In this document: piece by piece, positions 47,820-56,885 of the stretch | How positions within the stretch are numbered: the first letter of the stretch is position 1 | Layout of the letters: the number at the start of each line of letters is the position of its first letter | NCBI GenBank assembly: GCA_903831595.1 | Contig: CAIKXY010000007.1 | Span: 3,944 to 67,943, forward strand | Length of the DNA: 64,000 nt | Source of the DNA: an uncultured bacterium | GTDB taxonomy: Bacteria; Patescibacteriota; Minisyncoccia; Phycocordibacterales; GWA1-40-21 | Direction of reading: 5' to 3' | The notes under the pieces: model-generated | The model's input: only the letters and a program-made list of their open reading frames with translations | What the model was told of the DNA's origin: nothing | Database searches by the model: none | Translations under genes and position numbers: made by a program

Positions 47820-47860
47820 TGAAAGTTATCCACAAAAAAATTAGGAATGGGCTAAGGTGG

Positions 47861-49330
47861 ATGATAAAATATTTTGTAATTATGCCTAAAAACAAAAAAT
47901 ATTTGTTCTTTTTATTTTGCATTTTATCAATCATTATTTCTAATTTTGTATATGTTAAAAAAGTTTTTGCGAGTCCATCTATTACATCATTTTTATTAAA
48001 TGGTGTCTCACAGTCTGCAACTATTAACCCAAATAATGGTGAAAGTGTTTCTATAGAAGTTAAAGCGAGTACGCCGGTAAAATTTACAAGGCTTTATATC
48101 TGCTCAATAAGTCAGGTATGTAATGGAACGAGTGGAAATTATACAAAATATTTTATCCAGACGGATATTTCGGATACGGTAAACAAAACTTGGGATGGAA
48201 AAAATTCTGCTGGCAATGTTGTATCAGAAGGAGAATATAAAGTTATGGCATCGATGGTGGAAGGATCAAATCTTGCAGTTACTCAATTCGGTCAATACTC
48301 GATTTTTATAAATTATTCAATTTCAAGTAGCTCAACGGAAGTAACTAGTACAGCAAGTTCAAGCGATAGTACAACAACATCTACGAACACAAGCACGACA
48401 ACCAATTTGAGCAGTACAACAAGCCCAACAGTTATAACAAGAACCGTTTATGTTTCGGCGCACTCAAGTACAGAAGATTTAAGTAATTACACGGAAAAAA
48501 TAGTTTTTCAAACATCTGCTGGCAGAGAAAGAATGGCTCTAGTTGGCTCTCCTTTGGAATTTGATGCTAAATATTTTTTCTCAAATATAAATCAGTGCAC
48601 ACCAATATTTAGATGGTCATTTGGTGATGGCTTTGATGAACCAGGAAAGAATATTACGCATACATACAAGCACGCTGGCGAGTATCAAGTTGTGTTAAAT
48701 GGAATCTGCGGAGAAGAAAGTTCAGTGTCCAGAACTATAGTAAAAGTAATTATCCCAGAAGTATCAGTCGCACAAATATTAAGTGGTGACATCGAAATAA
48801 AAAATAAAGGAAAAACAGAAATAAATATTGGAGATTGGAAAATTCGTGGTATCGAAAAATATTTTATTTTTCCAAAAGATACAATAATAAGTGCTGGAAA
48901 TAAAATTATTTTATCAAAGGAGGACTTAAACATTAGCTCATCAACGGAAAGAATTGCTTTAGTAAATCCATCTGGTAGGGAAGTCACCTATTTTAATATT
49001 ATAAGCAAAGAACAAGGGAATTCAGTTTTGTCGATGGTAGCGACAACCACACAAGCTGTAACATTATCAGATAATCCAAGCATATCTGTTGCTGATGCGG
49101 AAGTATTGGTTGAACAATATAAAAAGCAGGTTGCTGTATCTCAAATACCACAAAAAACTAAATTAATAAATAATAATAGTATAAATTCATCCGATAAAGA
49201 TAATACTCAAGAAGTTGCAACAGTGGCGGAAGCAATAACTTCTTCATCTACAAAAAGTTTCTGGGCTAAAATGATAGAGGCTCCCATAAATGGGCTAAAG
49301 GCTTTTGCACGAATATTTTACAATTTTTAA
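47861..49330 (+). CDS. Secreted/membrane protein with FlgD-like Ig, PKD and lamin-tail-like domains
   Basis: TWDGKNSAGNVVSEGEY; WSFGDG..ITHTYKHAGEYQV (PKD); IEIKNKG..INIGDWKI (LTD-like); start uncertain (47819/47861/47882). Confidence 0.75.
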   Translation: MIKYFVIMPKNKKYLFFLFCILSIIISNFVYVKKVFASPSITSFLLNGVSQSATINPNNGESVSIEVKASTPVKFTRLYICSISQVCNGTSGNYTKYFIQTDISDTVNKTWDGKNSAGNVVSEGEYKVMASMVEGSNLAVTQFGQYSIFINYSISSSSTEVTSTASSSDSTTTSTNTSTTTNLSSTTSPTVITRTVYVSAHSSTEDLSNYTEKIVFQTSAGRERMALVGSPLEFDAKYFFSNINQCTPIFRWSFGDGFDEPGKNITHTYKHAGEYQVVLNGICGEESSVSRTIVKVIIPEVSVAQILSGDIEIKNKGKTEINIGDWKIRGIEKYFIFPKDTIISAGNKIILSKEDLNISSSTERIALVNPSGREVTYFNIISKEQGNSVLSMVATTTQAVTLSDNPSISVADAEVLVEQYKKQVAVSQIPQKTKLINNNSINSSDKDNTQEVATVAEAITSSSTKSFWAKMIEAPINGLKAFARIFYNF

Positions 49331-49360
49331 TACGCAGAGACTGGTGCTATAATAATAGTC

Positions 49361-49501
49361 ATGTTTAATTCAACATTTTTAAAATTCTTAATCACCTTCG
49401 CTGTTATTATAGGTATAAGCTTCATAATCATGGGGATTACAGACTCTGTTGAAAAAAAAGAAGCTATAAATAATACTGCCGGTATTAATGTAGAAAGGTA
49501 A
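49361..49501 (+). CDS. Small leaderless single-TM protein (46 aa, not in the ORF track)
   Basis: MFNSTFLKFLITFAVIIGISFIIMGITDSVEKKEAINNTAGINVER*; TGcTATAAT ends 7 nt before the ATG. Confidence 0.6.
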   Translation: MFNSTFLKFLITFAVIIGISFIIMGITDSVEKKEAINNTAGINVER

Positions 49502-49547
49502 TACATCTCATTTAAAAAAGTATGGCTCAAATACACCGTTTTCGCTG

Positions 49548-49575
49548 TTGACATTTCTTTGAATTTTGCTAATAT
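49548..49575 (+). promoter_or_regulatory. Promoter of the rpsS-led operon
   Basis: TTGACA-16bp-TAATAT with TG extension. Confidence 0.6.
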
Positions 49576-49625
49576 GCTTACTCGAGCTCTTAGGAGCTTC
49601 TTGTTTTATTTTACGCAAATAATTT

Positions 49626-49967
49626 ATGTCACGATCACTAAAGAAAGGACCATATGTTGATGAAAATCTTCTAAAAAAAATAGAAGGTAAAAAACCTGTA
49701 GAAACTGGTTCAATAAAAACATGGTCAAGAAGAAGTCAGATTTCTCCAGAAATGGTTGGCTTTGTTTTTGGTGTTCACAATGGTAAACAACACATAGATG
49801 TTTTGGTAACAGAAGATATGGTTGGACACAGACTAGGTGAATTTTCTCCAACAAGAAAGTTTACTAAACACGGAGGTAAAATGCAGAAAGATATTGATAT
49901 TGCAGCAAAAGAGTCAGAAATCGCAGCATCAAAAGCAGCTAAAGCATCAACAGACGCTAAAAAATAA
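49626..49967 (+). CDS. rpsS: 30S ribosomal protein S19
   Basis: [32 protein letters not shown]. Confidence 0.98.
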   Translation: MSRSLKKGPYVDENLLKKIEGKKPVETGSIKTWSRRSQISPEMVGFVFGVHNGKQHIDVLVTEDMVGHRLGEFSPTRKFTKHGGKMQKDIDIAAKESEIAASKAAKASTDAKK

Positions 49968-49973
49968 ACACCT

Positions 49974-50447
49974 ATGATGATTACAGCAAATTTAAATGAT
50001 TATAGACAGTCACCAAGAAAGGTAAGATTAGTTGCCAATCTAGTGAAAGGAAAAAAAGTAGAAGAGGCAAAAAATTCTCTAACTTTTTTGGTAAAGAGAG
50101 CAGCAAAACCACTTTCAGATTTGATAGATTCAGCAGTAGCAAATGCATCTCACAATTTTAATATTTCATCCGACAAGCTTTATGTAAAAGAATTTAGAGT
50201 AGATGCAGGTGTTGTTCTAAAGAGAAGAATGCCAAGATCAAGAGGAATGGCTTACCCAATCAACAAAAGAACAAGCCATGTTTTTGTACAATTAGATACA
50301 ATAGATAATATGCCAGCAAAGAAGTCTAAACTTTCAAAATTTAAAGCCACAGCAAAGCCAGTAGCAAAAGCCGAAACAACAGAAAAGAAAGCTGAAGTAA
50401 AAACAAAAGCAAAAAAGGCAGAAAAAGTTAAAGAAGAAACAAAATAA
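49974..50447 (+). CDS. rplV: 50S ribosomal protein L22
   Basis: RQSPRKVRLVA, SAVANA, KRTSH; Lys/Ala-rich C-terminal tail. Confidence 0.97.
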   Translation: MMITANLNDYRQSPRKVRLVANLVKGKKVEEAKNSLTFLVKRAAKPLSDLIDSAVANASHNFNISSDKLYVKEFRVDAGVVLKRRMPRSRGMAYPINKRTSHVFVQLDTIDNMPAKKSKLSKFKATAKPVAKAETTEKKAEVKTKAKKAEKVKEETK

Positions 50448-50454
50448 TAAAATT

Positions 50455-51144
50455 ATGTCACATTCAGTTCACCCATATTCACATAGATTAGGAATTATCA
50501 GAGATTGGAAGTCTCGATGGTTTTCTACTGGCCAAAAATACAAAGATTTTCTAAGAGCAGATATGATGCTAAGAGAATATTTGGAAAAGAAAATGAGAGG
50601 CCAATATATTGGTGCTATTGAAATGGAAAGAAATGACAAGACATTTAGATTGATACTAAAAACATCAAGACCAGGTGTCGTTATTGGTAGAAGTGGGGAA
50701 GGCTCAGTCAAACTTCGAAAAGATATAATGAAATTTGCTTCAAGACACAAACTTTCTATTCCAGCAGATTTCAAGCTTGATGTTGAAGAAATAAAATCAC
50801 CAGAATCAAATGCTGCAATAGTAGGGCAAATGATTGCTGAAGGATTAGAAAAAAGATTGCCTTTCAGAAGAGTTATGAAACAAACTGTTGAAAAAGTTAT
50901 GGCAAACAGAGATGTAAAAGGTATAAGAATTTACTGTGGTGGAAGACTTGGCGGTGCTGAAATCGCAAGAGCAGAAGAATTAAAAAGAGGAAGAATTCCA
51001 CTTCAAACATTGAGAGCGGATATTGACTATGCACAAGAAAAAGCCCATATGACATATGGAGATTTAGGAATTAAAGTCTGGATATATAAAGGAGATATAT
51101 TTGCTAAGAAAAGTGGACAAGCCGCTGATACAAAAAATAAATAA
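50455..51144 (+). CDS. rpsC: 30S ribosomal protein S3
   Basis: HPYSHRLGI, RPGVVIGR, GRLGGAEIAR, PLQTLRADIDY. Confidence 0.98.
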   Translation: MSHSVHPYSHRLGIIRDWKSRWFSTGQKYKDFLRADMMLREYLEKKMRGQYIGAIEMERNDKTFRLILKTSRPGVVIGRSGEGSVKLRKDIMKFASRHKLSIPADFKLDVEEIKSPESNAAIVGQMIAEGLEKRLPFRRVMKQTVEKVMANRDVKGIRIYCGGRLGGAEIARAEELKRGRIPLQTLRADIDYAQEKAHMTYGDLGIKVWIYKGDIFAKKSGQAADTKNK

Positions 51145-51155
51145 TTTTAAAAGCC

Positions 51156-51572
51156 ATGTTGATGCCAAAAAAAGTAAAATTTAGAAAAGCACATACATTC
51201 AGAGAAAACTCTGAAAAAGTTGGTGTTGAAACTAGAGGAACTAAAATTTCTTTCGGTTCTTTTGGTTTGAAAGCCACTTCAGCAGGCAGAATAAAATCAC
51301 AACAAATAGAAGCAGCAAGAAAAGCAATTGCACACACAATGAGCAAAAGCGGAAAGATTTGGGTAAGAATTTTCCCAGACCACCCATATACGCAAAAGCC
51401 AGCCGAAGTTAAAATGGGAAAGGGTAAAGGAGAATTGCAAGGATATGTTGCTATCGTAAAGCCAGGAAGAGTACTTTTTGAGGTAGATGGAGTTGATGCA
51501 GTTTCTGCAAAAGAAATGTTAAGAAAAGGCGGAACAAAACTTCCAGTAGATACAAAATTCCTAGCAAGATAA
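51156..51572 (+). CDS. rplP: 50S ribosomal protein L16
   Basis: MLMPKKVKFRK, QIEAAR, RIFPD, MGKGKG. Confidence 0.98.
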   Translation: MLMPKKVKFRKAHTFRENSEKVGVETRGTKISFGSFGLKATSAGRIKSQQIEAARKAIAHTMSKSGKIWVRIFPDHPYTQKPAEVKMGKGKGELQGYVAIVKPGRVLFEVDGVDAVSAKEMLRKGGTKLPVDTKFLAR

Positions 51573-51582
51573 TTTTAATACA

Positions 51583-51783
51583 ATGAATATAAAAGATTTA
51601 AGAAAAAAAACAGCAGGCGAACTAGACAAAGAACTTGGAGAAAAAGCAGTAGCTTTGAGCAATTTCAAATTCGGTGCATCAGGAAGCAAAACAAAAAATG
51701 TTAAAGCTGGAAGAAATTTGAAAAAAGAGATTGCACAAATACTTACAATTTTAAACGAATCAAAAAAAGAAAAGAAAGCATAA
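51583..51783 (+). CDS. rpmC: 50S ribosomal protein L29
   Basis: DLRKK...KKEIAQILT; operon position. Confidence 0.9.
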   Translation: MNIKDLRKKTAGELDKELGEKAVALSNFKFGASGSKTKNVKAGRNLKKEIAQILTILNESKKEKKA

Positions 51784-51800
51784 TTTTTTAACCAAAACAA

Positions 51801-52052
51801 ATGGAAAAAACAACAGCAAAAAAGAATAATGGAAAAATATTGAAAGGTGTAGTCGTTTCTACAAAAATGAAAGACACCGTGGTTATTTCTATTGATTCTT
51901 TCAAGAAACATCCAAAATACGGAAAATATATCAAGAAACAAAATAAAATAATGGCTCATAATGCAGGAAATACTTGTAAAGAAGGAGAAATTATTCAAAT
52001 TATAGAAACAAAACCAATTTCGAAGAATAAGAATTTTAAAGTTTTAAAATAA
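51801..52052 (+). CDS. rpsQ: 30S ribosomal protein S17
   Basis: GVVVSTKMKDT, HPKYGK, ETKPISK. Confidence 0.97.
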   Translation: MEKTTAKKNNGKILKGVVVSTKMKDTVVISIDSFKKHPKYGKYIKKQNKIMAHNAGNTCKEGEIIQIIETKPISKNKNFKVLK

Positions 52053-52079
52053 AGATTAGAATTTAATTAATACACCAAA

Positions 52080-52451
52080 ATGATACAACCAAGATCAATT
52101 ATAAAAATAACAGATAACTCAGGTGCCAAAATAGGCAGAGTTTTTAAGATTCTTGGAAGTTCAAAAAAGAGATGGGCAAAGATAGGTGAGGTAGTTGTCC
52201 TTTCAGTACAAAAAGCAGAACCAAGAAAAATGGCAAAGAAAAAAGATATTCTTTACGGGGTTATTGTTAGACAAAGACAACCTTTTAGAAGAGCAGATGG
52301 TTCATATATAAGATTTGATGAGAACGCAGTTGTTATTATAGAAAAAGGTAAACAAGATCCAATAGCAGGTAGAGTTTTCGGTCCTATTCCAAGAGAAATC
52401 GCAGAATTAGGTTTTAAGAAAATTGCATCACTTGCACCAGAAATCGTATAA
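52080..52451 (+). CDS. rplN: 50S ribosomal protein L14
   Basis: MIQ..DNSGAK, IRFDENAVV, RVFGP, SLAPEIV. Confidence 0.98.
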   Translation: MIQPRSIIKITDNSGAKIGRVFKILGSSKKRWAKIGEVVVLSVQKAEPRKMAKKKDILYGVIVRQRQPFRRADGSYIRFDENAVVIIEKGKQDPIAGRVFGPIPREIAELGFKKIASLAPEIV

Positions 52452-52484
52452 GGATAGTTGAAAGTAAAAAATACAATAAATACA

Positions 52485-52784
52485 ATGAAAATTAAAAAAG
52501 GAGACAGCGTAATAGTGATCGCAGGAAAAGACAAGGGTAAAACCGGAAAGGTTCTTGCTGCTTTTCCAAAATTAAACAAAGTTGTCGTTGAGGGTGTAAA
52601 CATCAGCAAGAAACACCAAAAAGCAAAAAAGTCAGGTTCAAAAGGCCAAGTTATAGATAAAACTATGCCTATCAACGCTTCAAACGTTATGGTAAATGAA
52701 GCTGGCAAGAGAGCAAGAGTCGGCAAGAAACTTATTGGTGGTAAGTTTGTCAGAATTTCAAAACAAACAGGAAAAGAAATATAA
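52485..52784 (+). CDS. rplX: 50S ribosomal protein L24
   Basis: MKIKKGDSVIVIAGKDKGKTG KOW motif; ATG 52485. Confidence 0.97.
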   Translation: MKIKKGDSVIVIAGKDKGKTGKVLAAFPKLNKVVVEGVNISKKHQKAKKSGSKGQVIDKTMPINASNVMVNEAGKRARVGKKLIGGKFVRISKQTGKEI

Positions 52785-52788
52785 AATC

Positions 52789-52823
52789 AGTATTATAGTA
52801 TAAGTATTTAGTATACAGTATAA
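52789..52823 (+). repeat. AGTAT ~7-bp periodic repeat after rplX
   Basis: AGTAT at 52789, 52797, 52803, 52810, 52817; near-copies after rplF (55807-55840) and recA (37211-37243, minus). Confidence 0.75.
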
Positions 52824-52836
52824 AAAAATAAACATC

Positions 52837-53415
52837 ATGATTTCATTAAAAGAAAAACAGAATAAAGCATTTGAATCCTTAAAGGGAGCTTTGGGTTTAA
52901 AGAACAAAATGCAAACACCAAAAGTTGTGAAGGTTGTTTTGAGTTCTGGTACCGGTTCATTCAAAGACAAAAATAAAAACAAAGTTGTTGAAGATAGACT
53001 TACAAAAATCTCTGGACAGAAAGTTATGCTTAAAGTTGCAAAGAAATCAGTCGCGACTTTCAAAGTTAGAGAAGGGGATCCAGTCGGATATCAAGTTACC
53101 CTAAGAGGACACAGAATGTTTGATTTTCTAGATAAGCTTGTTTATGTTGCTTTGCCACGAACAAAAGATTTTAGAGGTCTTACTGCTCATGCAATAGACA
53201 ATATGGGCAATTTTACAATCGGAATGAAAGAAAATACAGTTTTTCCAGAAGCATCAAACGAAGAATTAAAAGATGTTTTCGGATTATCAATCACAATAGT
53301 TACAAATCAAAAAGATAAAGTCTCAGCAAGAGCTTTCCTAGAATATTTGGGCTTCCCATTCAAGAAAGGAGAGGATGCTAAAAGAATTAAGAGCAAAAGA
53401 AAAAAGACCGCATAA
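52837..53415 (+). CDS. rplE: 50S ribosomal protein L5
   Basis: ISGQK, AKKSVATFKVREG, VTLRG, LPRTKDFRG. Confidence 0.97.
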   Translation: MISLKEKQNKAFESLKGALGLKNKMQTPKVVKVVLSSGTGSFKDKNKNKVVEDRLTKISGQKVMLKVAKKSVATFKVREGDPVGYQVTLRGHRMFDFLDKLVYVALPRTKDFRGLTAHAIDNMGNFTIGMKENTVFPEASNEELKDVFGLSITIVTNQKDKVSARAFLEYLGFPFKKGEDAKRIKSKRKKTA

Positions 53416-53617
53416 TCGCGGTTTTTTTACTTCTCCTAAAATATGTTTGACATTTGTCAGTATATTTAGTATAAAAACTACATATTAAGTTCTTTTATAT
53501 AAACGTCATTTAAGACGAGCTTTTTTGGCCTTATTCCATAGGACTAAAAAAGCTCGTCTTAATGAGAGCCGCAAAATAGTCAGGGCGAATCTGACAAAAG
53601 ACGAAAGGAGGTGTGCT

Positions 53618-54388
53618 ATGGATAAAACCATGGTAAGCCAAATGTCGAGAGGCCAAGGTCACGAGTTTTTGAATAAACTCGAAGCCGCAGGTCTCAACAG
53701 TCACCTTTGTCAAAAGGTGATAGATTCAAAAAACAATGAGCTCGCCACAAAAGTGGTAAGACTTATTGAACACGGAGGCTTTGAAGCATCAACCTCACAG
53801 AAGAGTGCCCGTGAAATTATGGGTAAAAACTTCTTCGGCACTGAGGAAGCGATAAAGTACTTTGGGGTTAATCCATCAAAGGGACAGCTTGATTTTTTTG
53901 CTGGGGTACCCTTCCCTGAAGAAGTGCTCAGGTTCGTGAAAAATACCCACATTCTTGTTGCCGTTTTCAAGATGTCGGTTTTAGACATTCGCTTATGTGT
54001 CATAGACAAGGGTTTGCTTTTCTTTAAACAGGACTGGTATAACAGCATGGCCTTTGCTAAAGACAAGGGCGAGGTTGGGTGGCAACTGATTCGCAAGACT
54101 CCAGTCGCCGGCTCGATAAACAGGACGTGGGGTTGGCAGAAAGCACTCCTCGCTGAAAACGAGGAAACGCCTACTGCACAGGTGATGGTTTACTCTATCA
54201 TCGGACATTTTCTTGCCAATGGCGAGAAATTGTTCATCGATGTCTACGTTCGCACGTCGAGTCTCGATTCAGTTGGCAACAACGTCAGCGTCGGTATTTT
54301 TGATTTCCTCGGTCTTACCGTTTGCAGTGGACGTGGTGAAAAAAACGGCTGCATCGGGTTGGCGTCTGCTTTTGATACAGCGAGATGA
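53618..54388 (+). CDS. Hypothetical protein inserted in the spc operon
   Basis: SD AAGGAGGT at 53605-53612 before ATG 53618; own promoter TTGACA(53447)-17-TATAAA; visibly more GC-rich than flanks. Confidence 0.75.
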   Translation: MDKTMVSQMSRGQGHEFLNKLEAAGLNSHLCQKVIDSKNNELATKVVRLIEHGGFEASTSQKSAREIMGKNFFGTEEAIKYFGVNPSKGQLDFFAGVPFPEEVLRFVKNTHILVAVFKMSVLDIRLCVIDKGLLFFKQDWYNSMAFAKDKGEVGWQLIRKTPVAGSINRTWGWQKALLAENEETPTAQVMVYSIIGHFLANGEKLFIDVYVRTSSLDSVGNNVSVGIFDFLGLTVCSGRGEKNGCIGLASAFDTAR

Positions 54389-54398
54389 AGTTTTTCTG

Positions 54399-54450
54399 CC
54401 CGCACCTTTTCGTTTTGTTTAACAAACAATAACGAAAAGGTGCGGGTTTT
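54399..54450 (+). terminator. Terminator of the inserted gene
   Basis: CCCGCACCTTTTCGTT...AACGAAAAGGTGCGGG followed by T tract. Confidence 0.85.
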
Positions 54451-54683
54451 CTTTTTATACAATAATCTTTGACCCCCAACACTATTTTTATTAATCGAGT
54501 TTTTTCTTAATTTAGAACAAGTTTTATATCACCAATTTTAGTTATTATTATGATTTTACAGAAATATTGACGGGGTCAATGAAATATAGTCATCTTATCT
54601 GAATAAGACTCGTTATTTCATTGACTTTCCACTAGGTTCTTGCTAGTATATTGCGACAAGCTTTTTCAAGCTTTTATTTAATT

Positions 54684-54869
54684 ATGGCTAAAAAATCAGT
54701 AATAGCTAGATCAAAAAAACCAGTAAAATTCGCATCAAGAGTAGTGCGAAGATGTTTCCGTTGCGGAAGAAAACACGGTTACATGAGAGAGTTCGATCTA
54801 TGCAGAATTTGCTTTAGAGAGTTTGCTAATCAGGGAAAAATTCCCGGTGTAAAAAAATCATCATGGTAA
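54684..54869 (+). CDS. rpsN: 30S ribosomal protein S14 type Z
   Basis: MAKKS...RCFRCGR...LCRICFRE...IPGVKKSSW; own promoter TTGACT(54621)-17-TAGTAT. Confidence 0.97.
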   Translation: MAKKSVIARSKKPVKFASRVVRRCFRCGRKHGYMREFDLCRICFREFANQGKIPGVKKSSW

Positions 54870-55252
54870 CAGATATTATCGGAGACTTTATAATAAGAAT
54901 TAAAAACGCAAATCTTTCTGGCAAGGAGTCAGTTTCTGTTTACACTTCAAAATTGAAAGTTGGAATTGCAGATGCACTCGTCAGAGCTGGTTATGTAAAA
55001 TCATTTTCAAAAAATAGCACAGGCAGAATGCTTGATATTGTTTTGAGTTATAAATCAGACAAAGCTCCAAAAATAACTGGAGTACAAAGAGTTTCAAAAC
55101 CATCAAGAAGAATATATCAAAAATCAGGAGATATAAAACCTTTTAAATACGGATTTGGTACAACAATTTTTTCAACACCAGCAGGTATTCTTTCAAACAA
55201 GGAGGCTGTTAAACAAAAAGTTGGTGGGGAAGTATTGTTCAAAATTTGGTAA
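54863..55252 (+). CDS. rpsH: 30S ribosomal protein S8
   Basis: [25 protein letters not shown]. Confidence 0.97.
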   Translation: MVTDIIGDFIIRIKNANLSGKESVSVYTSKLKVGIADALVRAGYVKSFSKNSTGRMLDIVLSYKSDKAPKITGVQRVSKPSRRIYQKSGDIKPFKYGFGTTIFSTPAGILSNKEAVKQKVGGEVLFKIW

Positions 55253-55270
55253 ATATTTTAATAAAATACA

Positions 55271-55804
55271 ATGTCAAGATTAGGCAAAAAAGGAATAGAA
55301 ATACCAGCAAAAACCACAGTTACGGTGAACGGTGATGTTGTTACTGTAAAAGGTCCACTAGGAGAACTTTCAAGATCTTTCAAGAAAAATATCATTATTG
55401 AAGTCGCAGGAAACAAGGTTGAATTAAAACCAGTAAAAGACACTTTAGAAAACAAAGCTCTTTGGGGTACTTATTCTTCTCACATTACAAATATGGTTGA
55501 AGGAGTAAACAAAGGATACACAAATAGACTTGTTGTTGAGGGAATTGGTTTTAAAGCAGACATTACACCAGTAGAAATTGTTTTTAAAGTAGGATTTTCT
55601 CACCCAGTAAAAGTTTCAATTCCAAAAAATCTTAAAGTAACTTCAGACAAAGGAATTATTGTTATAAACGGTATTGATAAAGAATTGGTTACAAGTTTTG
55701 CTTCAAGTTTGAAAGCAATAAAGAAGCCAGAACCATATAAAGGAAAGGGGATCAGATTTGAAGGCGAAGTAATCAGAAGAAAAGAAGGAAAGAAGACAGC
55801 ATAA
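55271..55804 (+). CDS. rplF: 50S ribosomal protein L6
   Basis: MSRLGKK, VKGPLGEL, PEPYKGKGI. Confidence 0.98.
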   Translation: MSRLGKKGIEIPAKTTVTVNGDVVTVKGPLGELSRSFKKNIIIEVAGNKVELKPVKDTLENKALWGTYSSHITNMVEGVNKGYTNRLVVEGIGFKADITPVEIVFKVGFSHPVKVSIPKNLKVTSDKGIIVINGIDKELVTSFASSLKAIKKPEPYKGKGIRFEGEVIRRKEGKKTA

Positions 55805-55850
55805 AAAGTATATAGTATAAGTATTCAGTATATAGTATAAAAAACACAAA

Positions 55851-56201
55851 ATGAAAAGATCAATAACAAAATCATTAAAAATAGAAGTAAGACACAATAG
55901 AATCAGAGCAAAAATCTCTGGTACTTCATTGATGCCACGACTTTGTGTTTACAAATCAAATACTTCAGTTTACGGACAAGTTATTGATGACTCAAAAGGA
56001 ATTACTTTGGCTGCATATTCAGCTGACAAGGCAAAAGGAAAAGGACTTCTAGAGAAATCCGCAAATGCAGGAAAAGAATTGGCAAAACTTGCACAAGAAA
56101 AAGGCATATCAAAAGTAGTTTTTGATAGAGGTGGATTTATTTACACAGGTAAAATAAAAGCCTTTGCCGATGGCGCAAGAGAAGGTGGGCTTAAATTTTA
56201 A
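55851..56201 (+). CDS. rplR: 50S ribosomal protein L18
   Basis: PRLCVYKSN, VVFDRGG, AREGGLKF. Confidence 0.97.
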   Translation: MKRSITKSLKIEVRHNRIRAKISGTSLMPRLCVYKSNTSVYGQVIDDSKGITLAAYSADKAKGKGLLEKSANAGKELAKLAQEKGISKVVFDRGGFIYTGKIKAFADGAREGGLKF

Positions 56202-56210
56202 TAAATAATT

Positions 56211-56876
56211 ATGGATACAGAAACCACAAAAACAAATATAACCCCAGCAACTCCAGCAGTTGCCGCTCCAACAAAAACTTTTTCATCAAAAAATGTTACT
56301 TTTAGTAAACCAAAACAAGGTTTTGGAGCTGATAGAGCAAAAAATCCAAGAAGAGGAGGACACGGTAGACCAGAAAGGATCAAACCAGAATTTGACCAGA
56401 AAATTTTAAATATAAGAAGAGTTACCAGAGTTACAAAAGGAGGTAAAAGATTGAATTTTAGCGTTCATATGGTTGTTGGAAATAAAAAAGGTTCAGTAGG
56501 TGTTGGAACAGGAAAGGCAAACGACACATCACTTGCTATTGATAAAGCATACAGAAACGCAAAGAAAAATATAATGCAATTGAATCTTACAAAAACAATG
56601 TCAATTCCTCATGATGTTAGCGCAAAATATTGCAGTGGTAGAGTAGTTTTGATACCAGCAAAAGGAAGAGGAGTTTCAGCAGGAAGCGCACTAAAGAGTG
56701 TTATTGAACTTGCAGGAATCAAAGATGTTACAGCAAAAATAATCTCTCCATCAAAAAATAAATTAAACATGGCAAGAGCAGCAATTATGGCACTTTCAGC
56801 TTTTGATAAAAAAAGAAATCCTGTCGTGGCCACAGTTGAAGCAAAAAAAGAAACAAAAGAAGAAGTTAAAAAATAA
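56211..56876 (+). CDS. rpsE: 30S ribosomal protein S5
   Basis: RRVTRVTKGGKR, VGVGTGKA, ELAGIKD. Confidence 0.97.
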   Translation: MDTETTKTNITPATPAVAAPTKTFSSKNVTFSKPKQGFGADRAKNPRRGGHGRPERIKPEFDQKILNIRRVTRVTKGGKRLNFSVHMVVGNKKGSVGVGTGKANDTSLAIDKAYRNAKKNIMQLNLTKTMSIPHDVSAKYCSGRVVLIPAKGRGVSAGSALKSVIELAGIKDVTAKIISPSKNKLNMARAAIMALSAFDKKRNPVVATVEAKKETKEEVKK

Positions 56877-56885
56877 TTTACGACT

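Larger units (their letters stand above)
47148..47822 (+). mobile_element. REP-associated tyrosine transposase (RAYT / IS200-like Y1 HUH nuclease)
   Basis: YYHIYNRGV, AYCLMPNHFH (HUH), YFNKRYER.GPLFQG.FK, YIHLNP (catalytic Tyr), YEYSSY; no tnpB adjacent. Confidence 0.9.

Noticed and set aside
47148-47822. Active IS200/IS605 element with TnpB
   Set aside because: No tnpB; motif pattern and length fit the RAYT-like subgroup
54469-54579. TTGACCCC...GGGGTCAA inverted repeat as a MITE
   Set aside because: Only 8 bp, single copy, no clear target-site duplication
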